In this document: positions 1 through 16,453 of the stretch, one piece after another | Numbering within the stretch: position 1 is the stretch's first letter | Layout: each line of letters starts with the position of its first letter | Origin: Auanema rhodensis | Lineage: Eukaryota; Animalia; Nematoda | Assembly (NCBI GenBank): GCA_964057225.1 | Contig: OZ059895.1 | Span: 6,696,001 to 6,760,000, forward strand | Length of the DNA: 64,000 nt | Direction of reading: 5' to 3' | Notes under the pieces: generated by a model | What the model saw: only the letters and a program-made list of their open reading frames with translations | Told to the model about the DNA's origin: nothing | The model's database searches: none | Translations under genes and position numbers: made by a program

Positions 1-880
1 AGGATGATGTATGTTTAATAAGCAATTATCTGAATTATTTGCTTCTATAGATTACTTTAAAAGTCGGAGATCTCTCTGAAGATGCTACTGTAAAAGGAAT
101 TATTGAACACGCTATGAACACTTTTGGCCGAATTGATATTTTGGTACAAAATATAGGAATAGATTAAATATTATATTGCTATTTAGATTAATTCTGCTGG
201 TATTCTATGTAACGGCTCTGTACTTGACACCGATATTGACGTTTATGATAAACAAATGGAAGCTAACGTCAGAAAGTATGTTTCTTCTATAATAGTTCGG
301 GATATAAAAAATATTGTTCTAGCGTTGTTAGACTCACACGAGCAGCTCTTCCCGAAATTATTAAGAATAAAGGAAGTATTGTTAATGTATCTAGCATTAC
401 AGGACCATGTCCAGTAATATTATTTTTCAATTTTTTCTAGTTTCAATCATAAATTTTAGTTCCCAGGTGTAACATATTACTGTATGTCTAAAGCAGCTCT
501 TGACCAATTCACTAAGTGTTTGGCACTCGAGATGGCGCCTCATGGAGTCAGAGTAAATTCTGTTAAGTGCGAAATAATTTTTATGTAAAAATCCATCTTC
601 TCGTGTTTTAGTCCTGGAGTAATTGTAACTAATGTACATTTGCGCTCTGGAATGTCTGAGGAAGCATATCAGGCTGTATGTCTGCGATCGCCATATTCAC
701 ATTATTCTTAATTTTCAGTTTATCCAGAAGGGAAAAGAAACACACGCGTTGGGCCGTGTAGGAGAAGTTCATGAAGTTGCAGAAGCTATTCTCTTCTTAG
801 CTGATTCAAATCGTAGCTCATTTATAACCGGTGATCTTTTGCGTGTAGATGGTGGTCGAGGAATCATGCACCCTCGCTAA
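1..880 (+). CDS. Short-chain dehydrogenase/reductase (FabG-like classical SDR), 3' part; 5' end lies outside the window
   Basis: Spliced translation over ~42-47 nt GT-AG introns (e.g. 9-50, 143-185) gives ...FGRIDIL|INSAG...GSIVNVSS...YYCMSKAAL (YxxxK)...GVRVNSVNPG...SFITGDLLRVDGG. Stop TAA at 878-880; AATAAA at 937-942. Confidence 0.92.
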
Positions 881-1254
881 TTTTTTCATCTTGTCAAGTT
901 GTTAGTTCGATTTTTCGTTGATTTTAAATAGGAAAAAATAAAATGTTCGGTAATTGATTTTTTATTTCAATATATAAAATGCCATAGTATTTCATCATTC
1001 AAGTAAAACATGCTCCATTGCGAATTTAAAAACCCGTTGCTAATATAAATTTTTGTACCGTAAGATAACGACTTAACATATCATATGAAGCCATATAGTA
1101 CCTGGATTTACATTACTTAATCTATTTCAGAATTGCATTTGACTTTGAACTTATGAAAAAAAGTTTCAAAATATTTTCTACCTTTTTTTTAATTCGAATA
1201 TGTGCGATTTGAGACGAACTAGTCGTTTTTTTAAGATTATTTATCTAGATTTTA

Positions 1255-4200
1255 ATGGAATTTGATGAGGTTTATGGGCCGAACGGGGGTGAAACGCTCA
1301 CCTTTGTTGAAACTGGAGAGGATGATGATGGAATTATGAATGGAGCCACTCAAGACTCAACTTTTGACTTTGAACACCGTTTTTCAATACCAACACAGAG
1401 TAGTCAGGTACTACAGTATAATGATAGTTTTTGAGCGTTCTTTTAGATTTCTATGACATCAGGTCTTGAAAGCAATGTAGAGTTAACTTTTCATGATGTA
1501 GACGAAGAAGAGGAATTACATAATCAAAAATTACCAGAGCACGCCTGCAGGTATGCGTTGTATTTCTGCGTTAAGGATTCACTGATTTTGTATTAGATAT
1601 TGTGGAATTCATGAACCTAGCTGTATTGCGCTTTGTACAGTATGTAAAAAATGGTTTTGTAACGGAAAAGGAAGAACAACAGGCTCTCATATTATTACGC
1701 ATATGGTTAGAAGTGGCCACAAAGAAGTAAGAGCTTTTATACAGGAAAAATAATATAGTTGACGCAAGGTTTGCCTACACAAAGAATCACCTCTTGGAGA
1801 TACACAACTTGAATGCTATCAGTGCGCTGCGAGAAATGTGTTTTTACTCGGATTTATACCAGCAAAAGCTGATTCCATTGTGGTATTGTAAAGATTGATT
1901 AGTTCAAATGTATTATATATTCTCTAGGTTATATTGTGTCGACAACCATGCGCTCAGGTTGCTTCACAGAAAGATGCAAACTGGCAAGGCGATGAGTGGG
2001 AGCCATTAATAAGAGAGAGACAGGTGTTGTGATACATATCTTACCATTAATATTTTTTAGTTTTAGATTCTACCTTGGATTATTAATGTACCGACAGAAG
2101 ATATGCAAGTACGAGCTCGGCACATTACGTAAAAAAATAGGGTGTTTTGATACTTAACTGTTATTTTGTCAGGGCTGGTATGGCAAGTCGGCTTGAAGAT
2201 TTATGGAAAGAAATGCCAAATGCTACAATTGAAGATTTAGATAAACCTGGAATTGATACAGAACCTGATCCTGTATTACTCAGGTATACATAAAATCTAT
2301 ATATTCACGAAGCTGGTTAAATTTCAGATATGAGGATGCTTTTCATTACCGCAAGATATTTGCTCCTCTTGTATCATTAGAAGCTGAGTATGACAGGAAA
2401 ACTAAGGAATCACAAACGCAGAATGTTGGACATGTTCGATGGGATCAAGGATTGAATAGAAAACATTTAGCTTATTTTCATCTACCCAAGTTTATTGAAG
2501 GAAGTAAGTATCGGTTGTTTTCATATTCTTATGGATTTTTACAGGTATGAAACTTATGATTGGTGATGAGCTGAATCTAAAGCATATGCAAACCGTTGAG
2601 GGTGAATGGTCATGCCGTGGACAAGTGTTTAAAATTCCTGACAGTATGACTATCAAACTCTGGATTTTAATGACGAATATTGTTTTTAGATCACAGTGAT
2701 GAAATTGGTATTGAAATGCAGTGTAGTCCTTTAGAAAAAATGCCTACTGATCCCCGTATCATATTCATATGTGAAGCTGTTTGGAATTCAGTTTCTTTTG
2801 ATCGTATGCAATCTGCTCTTCAAAAGCTCGTGAATGACGAGCATAGTGTGTCCAGTTACATCTACCGGAAGCTGATGGGGCATGATGTCGATGAGATTCT
2901 TTTCAAGGTAGTTACAGTGTTTATAGAAAAAAATGAATTGAAACATTGATTTATAGGTGCAACAACCAAGGAGGTTATCAGCACCGGGATTACCAGAACT
3001 GAATCACAGTCAAATGAATGCTGTTAAAACAGTGTTAACACGACCTCTTAGTTTAATTCAAGGACCTCCCGGTACAGGAAAGGTGAAAATATTTTGCGGT
3101 TTGTTTTCAGAACAATTAGACTTCAGACTGTTACTTCCGCTACTATTGTTTATCATTTGGTTCAACAAACTCAAGGACAAGTTTTGGTGTGCTCACCTTC
3201 CAACATTGCTGTTGATCAATTAGCTGAAAAGATTCATATGACCGGCTTGAAGGTGTACTTATCTTATTGAAATGATTTTAACTTGAAAAATCTTAGGTTA
3301 TTCGTTTATATGCAAAATCCCGTGAAAGTTTGGATTCTAAAGTAAACTATTTGACTCTTCCTGCACAGTTGAAAGCTCTAAAAGAAGCTGCTGAACTTCA
3401 AAAGCTGCATCAACTTAAAGTTTGGTAAAGCATATTTCTGAGGCTATTTTTGATTTTCAGGAAGAAATTGGAGAATTATCTGCTACCGATCAAGAACGTT
3501 ACATTAAATTAAAGAAAATCGGAGAATTTCATTTATTGTCAGCTGCTGATGTAATATGTTGTACTTGTTCATCTGCTGCCGATCCTCGTTTAGCTCGTAT
3601 TAGGATTAAGTAATAGTTCATAACGTCTGCTGTTGTTAACCATATTATTGTTAATAGAACTGTACTTATTGATGAATCCACACAAGCTACTGAACCGGAA
3701 GTATTGGTCAGTATTGTAAGAGGAGTTAGGCAAGTTATCTTGGTTGGAGATCATTGTCAACTAGGGCCTGTAATTATGTGCAAAAAGGTAATTTTAAATG
3801 TTAGCCGAGCGTTCCTATTACTAAGCTTTTGTGTTTACAGGCTGCAAAGGCAGGATTATCTCAATCTTTGTTCGAAAGATTAATTCTTTTGGGTAATCGA
3901 CCAGTTCGTTTACAGGTATAATTACTGAAAGGAAATAGTTTACTTATTTTTTTAGGTCCAATATCGTATGCATCCAGTTCTTTCTTCATTCCCTAGTAAT
4001 GTTTTTTATGAGGGAAGCTTACAAAATGGAGTAACTGAGAGTGAGTCCTATTCTAAACTCTTATTTTTGAATGACTGCTTTTTCAGCGGAAAGAACATTA
4101 CGTAATGTTGATTGGAGCTGGCCTGTCCCTGACAAACCAATGATTTTCTGGTCTTGTTACGGACAAGAAGAAATGAGTGCGTCTGGTACTTCTTTCCTGA

Positions 4201-5432
4201 ATCGCACGGAAGCTGCTAATGTTGAGAAGTTGGCTAGTAAACTGATCAGGTATGATCAACATATCTTATTAAAAGACTTACGTGAGTACATTTTGTTTTA
4301 CAGGGGTGGAATGCGACCGGAGCAAATTGGTATTATTACTCCATATGAAGGACAACGTTCATTCATTGTTCAATATATGCATACTCAAGGCACTTTAAAT
4401 AGCAAATTATATGAGCACATGGAAATAGCAAATGTCGATGCTTTCCAGGTAAATTCCTTTTTTTCATCATCTGAATCGATTAATATAATTTTCAAATCAA
4501 AATCAATTACGAGACTTTTTTTCAGGGACGGGAAAAAGACTTTATTATTGTTACATGTGTACGTTCAAACGAACAATCGGGTATTGGATTCCTTAATGAT
4601 CCTCGTCGTCTCAATGTTGCGTTGACTCGTGCAAAGTATGGACTGGTAATTATTGGTAACGCTAAGGTATGTTACCCTCGGTATATTGGTATTCATAGGC
4701 TTATGTCTAGGTACTCGGACGTCAGCCTTTATGGAACGATTTGTTGACAACATTTAAACACAAGAACCTCATTGTGGAAGGACCTATTAACAGCTTGAAA
4801 CCCAGCCAAATTACTCTTCCGAAACCTAAACCTCAACCTCGGAATCCCGCTTATCCAGTGAGTTTTCATTTTTTTTACCCAATTAGGTATACGGACCTAG
4901 ACTGGAAAATATGGAACACAGCGACCAGCATACACTTTAAATGAATACAGAGGAAGAGAAACTTCTCGTTCAGTTCCAATGGATCCTCAGCAAGCTATCA
5001 CTTCACATTCTCTTCGTCACCAAGTACATCTTCCAATGCCTTTGCATATGTTGCATTTAATGCCACATTCAACTGGAAATCAAAATTCTTCAAGCGAGTT
5101 TTTTGTATATCTTGCTGTTTATGAATATAACATTTTCAGAGCCCACCCGCAGAGGTGGACATTCCACATCTTCGTGGCCTGCTCCTCGTGGAAGTACTCG
5201 TAGTGGATCTACTCGAGATAATAATGGGGGGTATGCTTCTCAGGCATCACAAGATAATGATATTCTTGGCGATGGACCTTTATCTGAGGCTACTGGACTT
5301 ACTGGCTGGTCACAATCTCAACAAGGACGCAACCAAACTCAGGCAATTTCACAAGATGAGTTCCGTCATATGACATTTGGAGAAGATATCGAAAACGATA
5401 TGGCAAATCTATTGTTGTCTCAAGGACCTTAG
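1255..5432 (+). CDS. smg-2: UPF1/SMG-2 nonsense-mediated decay SF1 RNA helicase (~23 exons)
   Basis: ATG at 1255 after a TCTAG acceptor. Spliced protein has the CH zinc domain ([12 protein letters not shown]...CKKWFCNG...LECYQC), Walker [10 protein letters not shown]|[33 protein letters not shown]|[16 protein letters not shown] and an SQ-rich C-terminus ending LLSQGP*. 22 short introns counted, one of them GC-AG (5094-5139). Confidence 0.97.
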
Positions 5433-5896
5433 AGAGTATCATGGATGATATCCTGGTTAGGATATCAGTACGTTTTCCATCACAACAATCAGAAGATTGC
5501 TGCAGAATTGAGTGACTTTTTGGGGCTCTGGAACTATCGTCATCTCAGCAGGAAGCGCATTTTGCGATTCCAACACAATCCATTCCTCAAAGGGATTTGT
5601 TGAGACTTTCTGTTATTTGAGTAGTTATTATGTCTTGTCGTTACTAAACTGCTATCCTCTTTCCCATATAACCTAACTTATTATCTTTCTCCGTCGGTCT
5701 TTAGATCTAACTAGTTCGTCCATATTTTCTAAATTAGCAAAACACCTTTCACCTTTCTATATGAGAATGTCGGAGATCTTCTTTATTGTAGCTTTTTTTA
5801 ATAATTCTTGCCTTACTTAAAAATAAGAAGAGGCACAAATGATGTCTAATATTTTAATTGATCCTGATTTGTCTATTCGATTCAGGTGACACTATA

Positions 5897-6005
5897 AATA
5901 AAATTGTTAATTAAAATTTAATTTCTTCTAGAAACTGTTTTTTTTCTCAGGAATTCTACTTATTTTAATTTCTTTTTTATTATCTGTAGTTTTAGTTTCA
6001 TTTAG
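5897..6005 (+). promoter_or_regulatory. Operon-like intercistronic region: smg-2 poly(A) signal followed by the nsun-2 trans-splice acceptor
   Basis: AATAAA at 5897-5902, then a U-rich stretch, then TTTAG|A ATG (AG at 6004-6005). Spacing is about 100 nt, the typical nematode operon geometry. Confidence 0.65.
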
Positions 6006-6006
6006 A

Positions 6007-8689
<2,683 letters not shown>

Positions 8690-9057
8690 CTATCCAAAAT
8701 TGTTTTCTAATTGCTTTCAGAGTACTGACGACATTTCAAATAAGAAGTTAATACCGAAAAGAGGTTGCATACTAATCTAATGGGATATATCGTTGTTCTT
8801 CGTTGGCTTTGTTGAATCCATTTTGTTTTTGGTTGTTTTGTTAATTGTTGAAAAAATAATGTTATTCAAAAAATATTTTCTAAAATCATGTGTTGATATC
8901 ACAATATCGTCAGTTAAAGATAAGGATGTCTCGCATTTTTTAAATAATCGTTGTGTGGCTTTTATAGATTTTTTCTTGTTTCTATCTAAATGATGCGATT
9001 TGAAAAAATGTGTTATTTGTGCTCAATTTGTCCTTATATAACATCATGCTTAAGCAT

Positions 9058-12000
9058 ATGAGACGAGAGCTGTTAGCATGCGGATTAGCAGGAGACGGCC
9101 AGCTTGGAATCCGCAAAACTGATTCGGATTGTGTCACTGTACCCGAACATATTAGTGAGTTATCGATATATTTTTGATATACACTAGAGATATAAGCTGA
9201 GTAAAAATATAATACAATGATCAATCATAGTTGGTGGTCCCAATGGTGAACACGGAAGCACTGTTGTTGCCATTGCATGTGGGGAAAAGCATACCTTATT
9301 CCTAGCAGATAATGGACAAGTTTGGTTGAAGTTTTATCTTTAGCAAAAATTGTATATTCAAGGTATGGAGCGTTGGTTGCAACGAACATGGTCAGCTGGG
9401 TAGAGGTAGTCAAAATAGTGGCAGCTTTACAATTTATCCCGTCAGCATCACAAAGGGCATAAAAGCTGTTCAGGTTATTAAAAAATGTTTTGTTGTAAAG
9501 AAGGTTTTAAACAGGTTGCTGCAGGAAGATATCATTCATTAGCTGTATTTGAAGATGGACGTCTTTTTTCTTGGGGCTCGAACGAGCATGGACAATTAGG
9601 AATTGGAAGTGTTCCTGCTATTGCAGCTTCTCCCAAGTTGACATATTCTTGAAAATATTTTAAAATTTTGAAATTTAGAAAAATAACATTGATTAATGAG
9701 GTTGTGCAGATTGCTGCCGGTCAGGACAATTGTATAGCTTTAACAGAAAGTAAGCAAAACACGATATGTAGTCGAATTTCTTTGAAATCTCAGATGGGAG
9801 AGTTTGGATTTGGGGAGAACAAGCTAATGGCTATATTCATCACGTTCCTGTAGAGGTTGATGTTCTTCAGGCAGTACCAATCGTTAGAAGTAGACAAATA
9901 ATTATATGTACATGTATCTAAATTGATGCTTTAGTTTGTGCTGGGGGTGGGCATTACATGGCTTTAACCTCTAGTGGTAGTGTATTTGCTTGGGGAGCAA
10001 ATGATTATGGACAGTTGGGATTGGGTGATCTTCTACGTATGTTGTTTTGTTTTCAATACAGACAGGTTACCTCCTTTTAGCCCGTGATAAACCACGACAA
10101 ATAGAAAGTATCATGAACATGAAAATATGTGAAATGGCTGCAGGATATTCTCATTCTCTGCTATTGACAACTGATGGCAAAGTGTTCGCTTTCGGTTCGA
10201 ATTCATTAGGTCAGCTTGGCTCTGAACATCGGTTTGTTGATAGCACAGATTTATGCTATTTCAAAATTTAGTGTTGAGAGGCAAAGCACTCCTATCGGAG
10301 TTTCGGAGTTAATGGGTAGTACGGTTACAAGGGTCGCTTGTGGAAGGTCTTTTTTTGATTGTTTGGTTTGACTTATTTCGAAATTTATTTACAGATGCCA
10401 TTCTGCGGTAGTTATTGCTGGACGCTTCTATCCATTTGGTTTGAATACTTCGGGGCAATTAGGTACAGGTACTACAAGGAACCAGCTAACTCCTCGTCGT
10501 AACGATGCTCTCAGTGACGTTCGCAGTATCTTTGCCGGATGGGATCAAATGTTTATCATTCGGATCGGAGGAGTGCCAGTGAGATTTGAATCTTATCGCA
10601 ATTATAAGAAGGATTGTTAACTTAGGAACTCCGGCCTGGTTCTAATGCTATATTGAAAGAACCACGTTTTCTTACCAAGGAATCTATCATGAATTTGTTA
10701 CAAAAAGGAGAGAAACTCGACCTTATTGGGTTTTATTTTTATTTAAATAATATTTATTAATTATTTTATTTTTTAGCGAGCTTGAATCTGTTTTTAGCTC
10801 GTTCAGCTCTATAAATGGTTCCTTCTTGTACTCGGACGAAAGAAGATATCTTTCTAGCAATGGCTTCCGAACAAGCGGGGTAGATTTAGACGCAGTAATG
10901 GAAGCTTTTAATGCTATCGCAGAATCGAACGATGCTGAATCCTATATCACATTGGTTCGATATTTTTTTTCAATTACAACTTGTAATGATTTATACATTT
11001 TCCAGTTAGAACAATGGGCAAGTGAAGCCGTTTCCTACGAAAATGGTGCTAGAAATCCTTTTCATAGTGCTGAATCTCTAAGAATTTTTCTGATTTTGCC
11101 TTGGCTGAACTTCTTCACGACAAACGTTACACCTGCAATAGTAAAAACAATAACAATTCCTTTTGCTGAGCGCATTCTTGCATTAGATCACGCTCAGGAC
11201 GAAATTTTGGGTAAGTAATTCATTAAACTTTAATACCATAACGAATTATTCACTATTTTAGAAAAATGGTGGACTTATCTACCAGGGCGTCATTTCAATC
11301 GAATTGTTTCCGTAATGATTAGTGGGATTAAGACTCTTATCAAACATAAAAAAGAAGCTGATGAAAGTGAGCCATTACTATTGGTTCTAAAGAAGTTAAA
11401 TGGAATAAATCGAGTAAGTTGATTGTTGGGAAGGCTGAAACATCTTATTATTTTCAGAAGACAAATGCGATTCCTTTCGAATGCTTTTATATCGATGAGC
11501 TAGGAGAACTGTTTGATTTGAAAGAAGACTATTGTAATTGGGTTCAGCATGAGGTGAATTAGCATTCTTGTATCTGAAACGTCTCATTTATCATTTAGAA
11601 ATTCAACATACCTATGAAACGTTGCTTCTGGGTTGAATTCCCATTTTTATTAAATGGAATTGCAAAATCTGATCTGCTTCACGTTGAATCAGCATTACAG
11701 CAGCAGGTAGTATTTTTTTCAATGTCTTCGTAGGGATTTTTTTCAGGAAATTGTTAATCAAAGCACTAGAATTTTTTTTGGCCCTTTACCTCTATTTTCA
11801 TTACAACCTTTCTTGAATATCACCGTTCGAAGAGACAATATTGTTAATGATACGATGGCTTGGATGAGCCAGTCGTGCCATCGTGACTTTTTAAGACCGT
11901 TGAAGGTAATTAATTTTGAGCATTTGTTTACCTAACTTCATTAAGATTCAATTTGTTGGTGAGGAAGGAGAAGATGCTGGAGGTGTAAAAAAGGAATTTT

Positions 12001-15000
12001 TCATTCTGCTCTTTCAACAAATTCTTCAGGCAGAGTATAACATTTATAAATTATAGAGGTTTATCTCGTACACGATTTCAGTTATGGAATGTTCGTTGAA
12101 GATTCGGATTCACACTTTGTATGGTTCAGTGGGTTTGATGTTTTGGAAAATATAAATTACGAATTGCTTGGGATATTATTCGGAATGGCAATTTATAATC
12201 ACGTTCTTGTTCCTTTTCCTTTCCCTCTCGCTTTATACAAAGTTTTCTCCCTAAAACTTTTTTTATTCATTTTTATTTTGTAGTTGTTACTGGATCAATC
12301 TCCTACAATTGAAGATTTATTAGAATTGAGTCCAGTGGAAGGAAGAAGTCTTCAACAACTCCTTGATTATGATGCTGACGATTTTGAAGTAAGCTAGTTT
12401 CCCTCATTAGATGCTTTGATTTGCGTGATTTGCTATTTAGCTTGTTTTGCACAAAATGTTAATTCATTTTATTTGATATAACTGTTTGACCGGCTGTGCC
12501 ATGTTTTTAGTTTTATATGAATTACAAATTTGTTTCAGGATGTTTTCAATTTGACATTTGAAATTACTGTGAACAATTTTGGAGCCGCTGTTGCTTGCCC
12601 ACTCAAGCCTAAAGGAGAAGATATATCTGTAACTCAATCCAATAAGCAAGAATACGTTAAGGTAATTAAGATATATTTTTCAAAACAACTATTTCATTTT
12701 TCAGCTTTATATTCGTCATCGCTTAGAATTGGGGTTGAATGATAAGATTGCTCAACAACTTGAAGCATTCAGAGATGGATTCAGGAGACTTATTAGAACC
12801 CGTCTTTTATTTTTCTTCCAACCCCGCGAATTAATGGAAATGGTTGTTGGAAATGAAAACTATGACTGGTCAGAATTCCGACAAGTAAGTTTGTTTTGTC
12901 ATTTTCGAAAATTCTCTAAAAAAACATTACTTAGCACTATTAGTACTTTGATTTTAGCATTATCAAATTCGTTTGAATTAATTAGGAGATATTGTAAAGG
13001 TGATTACTTGGTGAACTAAATAGTCTTTCTTCGATTCCCAGTAATACTTAAAACAATTTGGGGAAACCCTTTGCTCGACAATTAATGCATTTTCACTACT
13101 TACGCGATTAATTCAAAGTGAAGCTAATTTTTAGGTTATATTTCGCGGTCATTCTTTTCTTCACGTCCTACTTAAATATTGTAGTTCACTCTATAAAGAA
13201 AAGAATTGAAATGGTAGCTTTAAGAGCACTACTGTCACTATGGTATCAAGAATTTTGTAATTAGGTTTTCAATATACGTATGCACCAATTAAAATGCACA
13301 TTTTGTTCCTTCCTAAGCTAATGTGTATACGGTAGATGAACAAGTGGAACGGTGAATATTATATGATTTCTATCGAGAAAATGAGGAAGGAATAGTATTC
13401 AGCTGTTTCACTTCTCATAGCTATTTACATTTTATGATGTTGTTGTCGTTCATCTTTAGAATGGCTTGTTGAACAAAACTGTTAGTTGGTACGGCTTCAC
13501 TTCTCGTTTTTCAATATTCCATGATTGTCAGCCATGTAGTAGCGTTGACGCTGTAACCTTTTGCATAGCTTCAGCTGAAAATCGAATGGGATAATTTCTT
13601 TAGTTGATAGTATTCGTAAAAGATAAAGGCTATATGTCTGACAATTTGCTTTCAAAGCTGGGGTAATCCGGCGAATACGTGCTTAATTGGCGTTTATCTT
13701 CTTTTCTGCACATATCTCTGATTCTCTGGTGATTTCTATATATTTCTCAAATTACAATCGCACAACAGTGTGGGTTTACCCCATTTTCTGGACAAATAGT
13801 CTTCGCGAACATCCATTTGACGCTTGTTCTAAATTCATTCCGGAAGTTACTTTTTTTGTTTTTGATGCTTGATAGAATACAGTTTTTCGACTTTTATATA
13901 TCGAGAGATTACGAAATTCGATTACTTTGAAATGGACACATTTGGTTGAATAGGTGAAAAATCGTATTTTTTGAAACTGTCCACAACTGCTTTTAGCTCA
14001 CTGTTTGTGTCTCATCTATACTCCACTTTGCCTCTTCAACAAGTAAATAGAAAGACGGAGAATGAAACGAATAGAAATTATCACATAAATAGGGAGATTT
14101 AGAATGAGAACGTATTTTAGAGAAAGGAAGGGAGAGAGCTCGAGGTAAAAGTGTAGGTGCTGAGATTGGGTTATTCGACGAAATAGTGAGAGAACACGAC
14201 TGTTTCACTAATGGTCGGTTCTGTACACAAAAATGCTAAAAGAGTGCTTGTTGGATACATAAACAATATTGAAATTGAAAAAGAGAGGAGTGTGAATCAG
14301 CTATATCAACACAAAAGTTATAGTGAGCTATTTGTGTCTTACTCTGAGGAGAAAATTAACTCTCTGGTATGGTAGCGCGCCATTCTTGACTTGACTTGTG
14401 TTTCTTAAAAATATGAAATAAACGGTTGAAAGGCTATTGGTATGCTTTGTCCTCTATTTCTTCTAGTTATTCATAGTTTAAACTTTTACTGATTTTAACT
14501 TTCCTGGTTCTCTGTTGATAGGAAGAAACTAGTTGATTTGTTATAGGCTAGTCGTTCTCCATATGATCGCATCCAGTTATCAAGAGCTGGTGAGTTGCGT
14601 GAACTAGCCTATGACCTTTAAATAAATAATATGGACTGCGTAATCGAAGCGCTTGGTGTTGAACCAGTTCATTTCGAGCTAACCGGTCCGGTGGTCACTC
14701 TAGGTCGTGCCGGTGAAGTTCGAAAAGATTGTAAAATTCTTGTTCATCATACCAGTTATGTGAACCCGCATGGGAATACTTCGGGATTCCGAAGGACAAC
14801 TTCTTTCTGACTTACGGGCAGGTTAAGGCTGGTTTAAATTCGCTGCCGAATAGCCTGGTGGTCAACTGGCTTCCTTATCGGAGAACAGGTATGATGCAAC
14901 CGATGTAAGACGAGAGGTGTTATACGAATGGAGGATGTGTATTAACTGACCTTGCTACAGGTGAGAAAGCAAATCTTGAACCAGAAAACTCCTTCTCTGA

Positions 15001-16453
15001 GCTTCAATCTGTTTTCTTTCACAACTATTTCCCGCGCAAAGAAGCTAATGTTTCAAATGTACTGAGAGATAGTATAAGTTTTTATTCATCCATGTTGCCG
15101 TACTTATACTTTTACAACTAAAAAACTTCGATAGTATACTGGCAATAGTTCTGTGCGACACTGTTCGATTCACATTTTTGGTCCCCAAAATTGAGTACAA
15201 CGTTGCGAATTCAGTTATTATTCATTTTTCGCAATTGTCATCATCTTCTCTGAGCTGGCTAATGACATGTTCTGCATATATTTAATTTACGTTGCTTTCG
15301 GATAATGGCTGTCGCTGTGTCGTCGGAATGTATACGGATTTGGGTCAACTGTGAAATGGCAATTGGAGCGCTTACAACATGTCACATGCACAGCGATCCG
15401 ACATCAGTAAAAAGAAGGTAAATGTAGATGATATACGACATATTGGTAGTTTTCTAGTTTAATGGTGATAGTATTGGGAAGATAGCTGAGGTGGCACTGA
15501 AATTGTATATAACATGACATGATGTGAAGTCCCTAATGTCTCAAATGATTTCAAAAGCAATGCTTTCAATAAATAACCATCATGTGGAATGTGCTGGTTA
15601 GCCGTTGACTGCATAAAAGCTCCTTTCTTTTTAGCCAGAGAAAGATGATGATCTTCATATCGCAATCTTTTGACTAAGCCTCGTTGAACAGAAATCGACA
15701 AGCATCATTGCCTCTCTCTAAAACCAGCTTGCCTGTGGGCGTGTAATGAAATTAAATAGTAGGACTATATATATCAAAATAGAGAGGATTAAAGAATGAA
15801 TACTGTGGTGTTGATTGAAATGTTTATGTTATCAGAAGATATTGAAGCATAATATGAACTATCTTTCATTCATCGTATTAGATAGAAGAAAAGATAAGAT
15901 TCAAAAAAACTGTTTAACTGTATGATTACAATTTGATGGTGGTAGAATAATGTTGGGAGTACACAAATGTGTCATCATTCTCGAGAAATATACATATGTC
16001 AATTATAAAAATATTTATTAAAGATTGTGTAATGAAAAATACGTTATTGTTATTTTCAGTGCGTGGAGTACAAAGGAGAATATAATAAATCACATCCGGC
16101 TATTTTAGCTTTTTGGGAATGCTTCTTTAAACTAACCTTAGATGAACGAAAGGTGTGTGACTTTGAAAACAGAATGCGTCATATCTAGGTTTGCAGATGT
16201 TCATGAAGTTTCTCATGGGTTCAACACGTTTACCGGTGCGAGGCTTACAAGGAATTCGGATCTATATTCAGCCTTGCGCTGATCATGTGGGTTTTGTACA
16301 GATTTTTAAAATTTATTTTCCAAGTTATAGCTGTTACCTGTTGCACACACTTGCGCAAATCTTCTAGAATTACCTAATATAACCGATGTTGACGAAATGT
16401 ATCGTCGCCTGTTGGTCAGTATTCAACACACAGAAGGATTTACTCTTGTCTAA
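9058..16453 (+). CDS. herc-1: Small HERC (HERC3/4-like) E3 ubiquitin ligase: RCC1-like repeats plus HECT domain
   Basis: N-terminal RCC1 repeats ([58 protein letters not shown]). HECT domain: [49 protein letters not shown] (catalytic Cys), ending EGFTLV*. A 3175-nt intron spans 12885-16059. An alternative in-frame ATG lies at 9046. Confidence 0.93.

Noticed and set aside
12030-12035. Apparent GC donor (CAG|GCAGAG) in herc-1
   Set aside because: The GT at 12035 gives the conserved LQADYGMF sequence in frame, so the intron is canonical.
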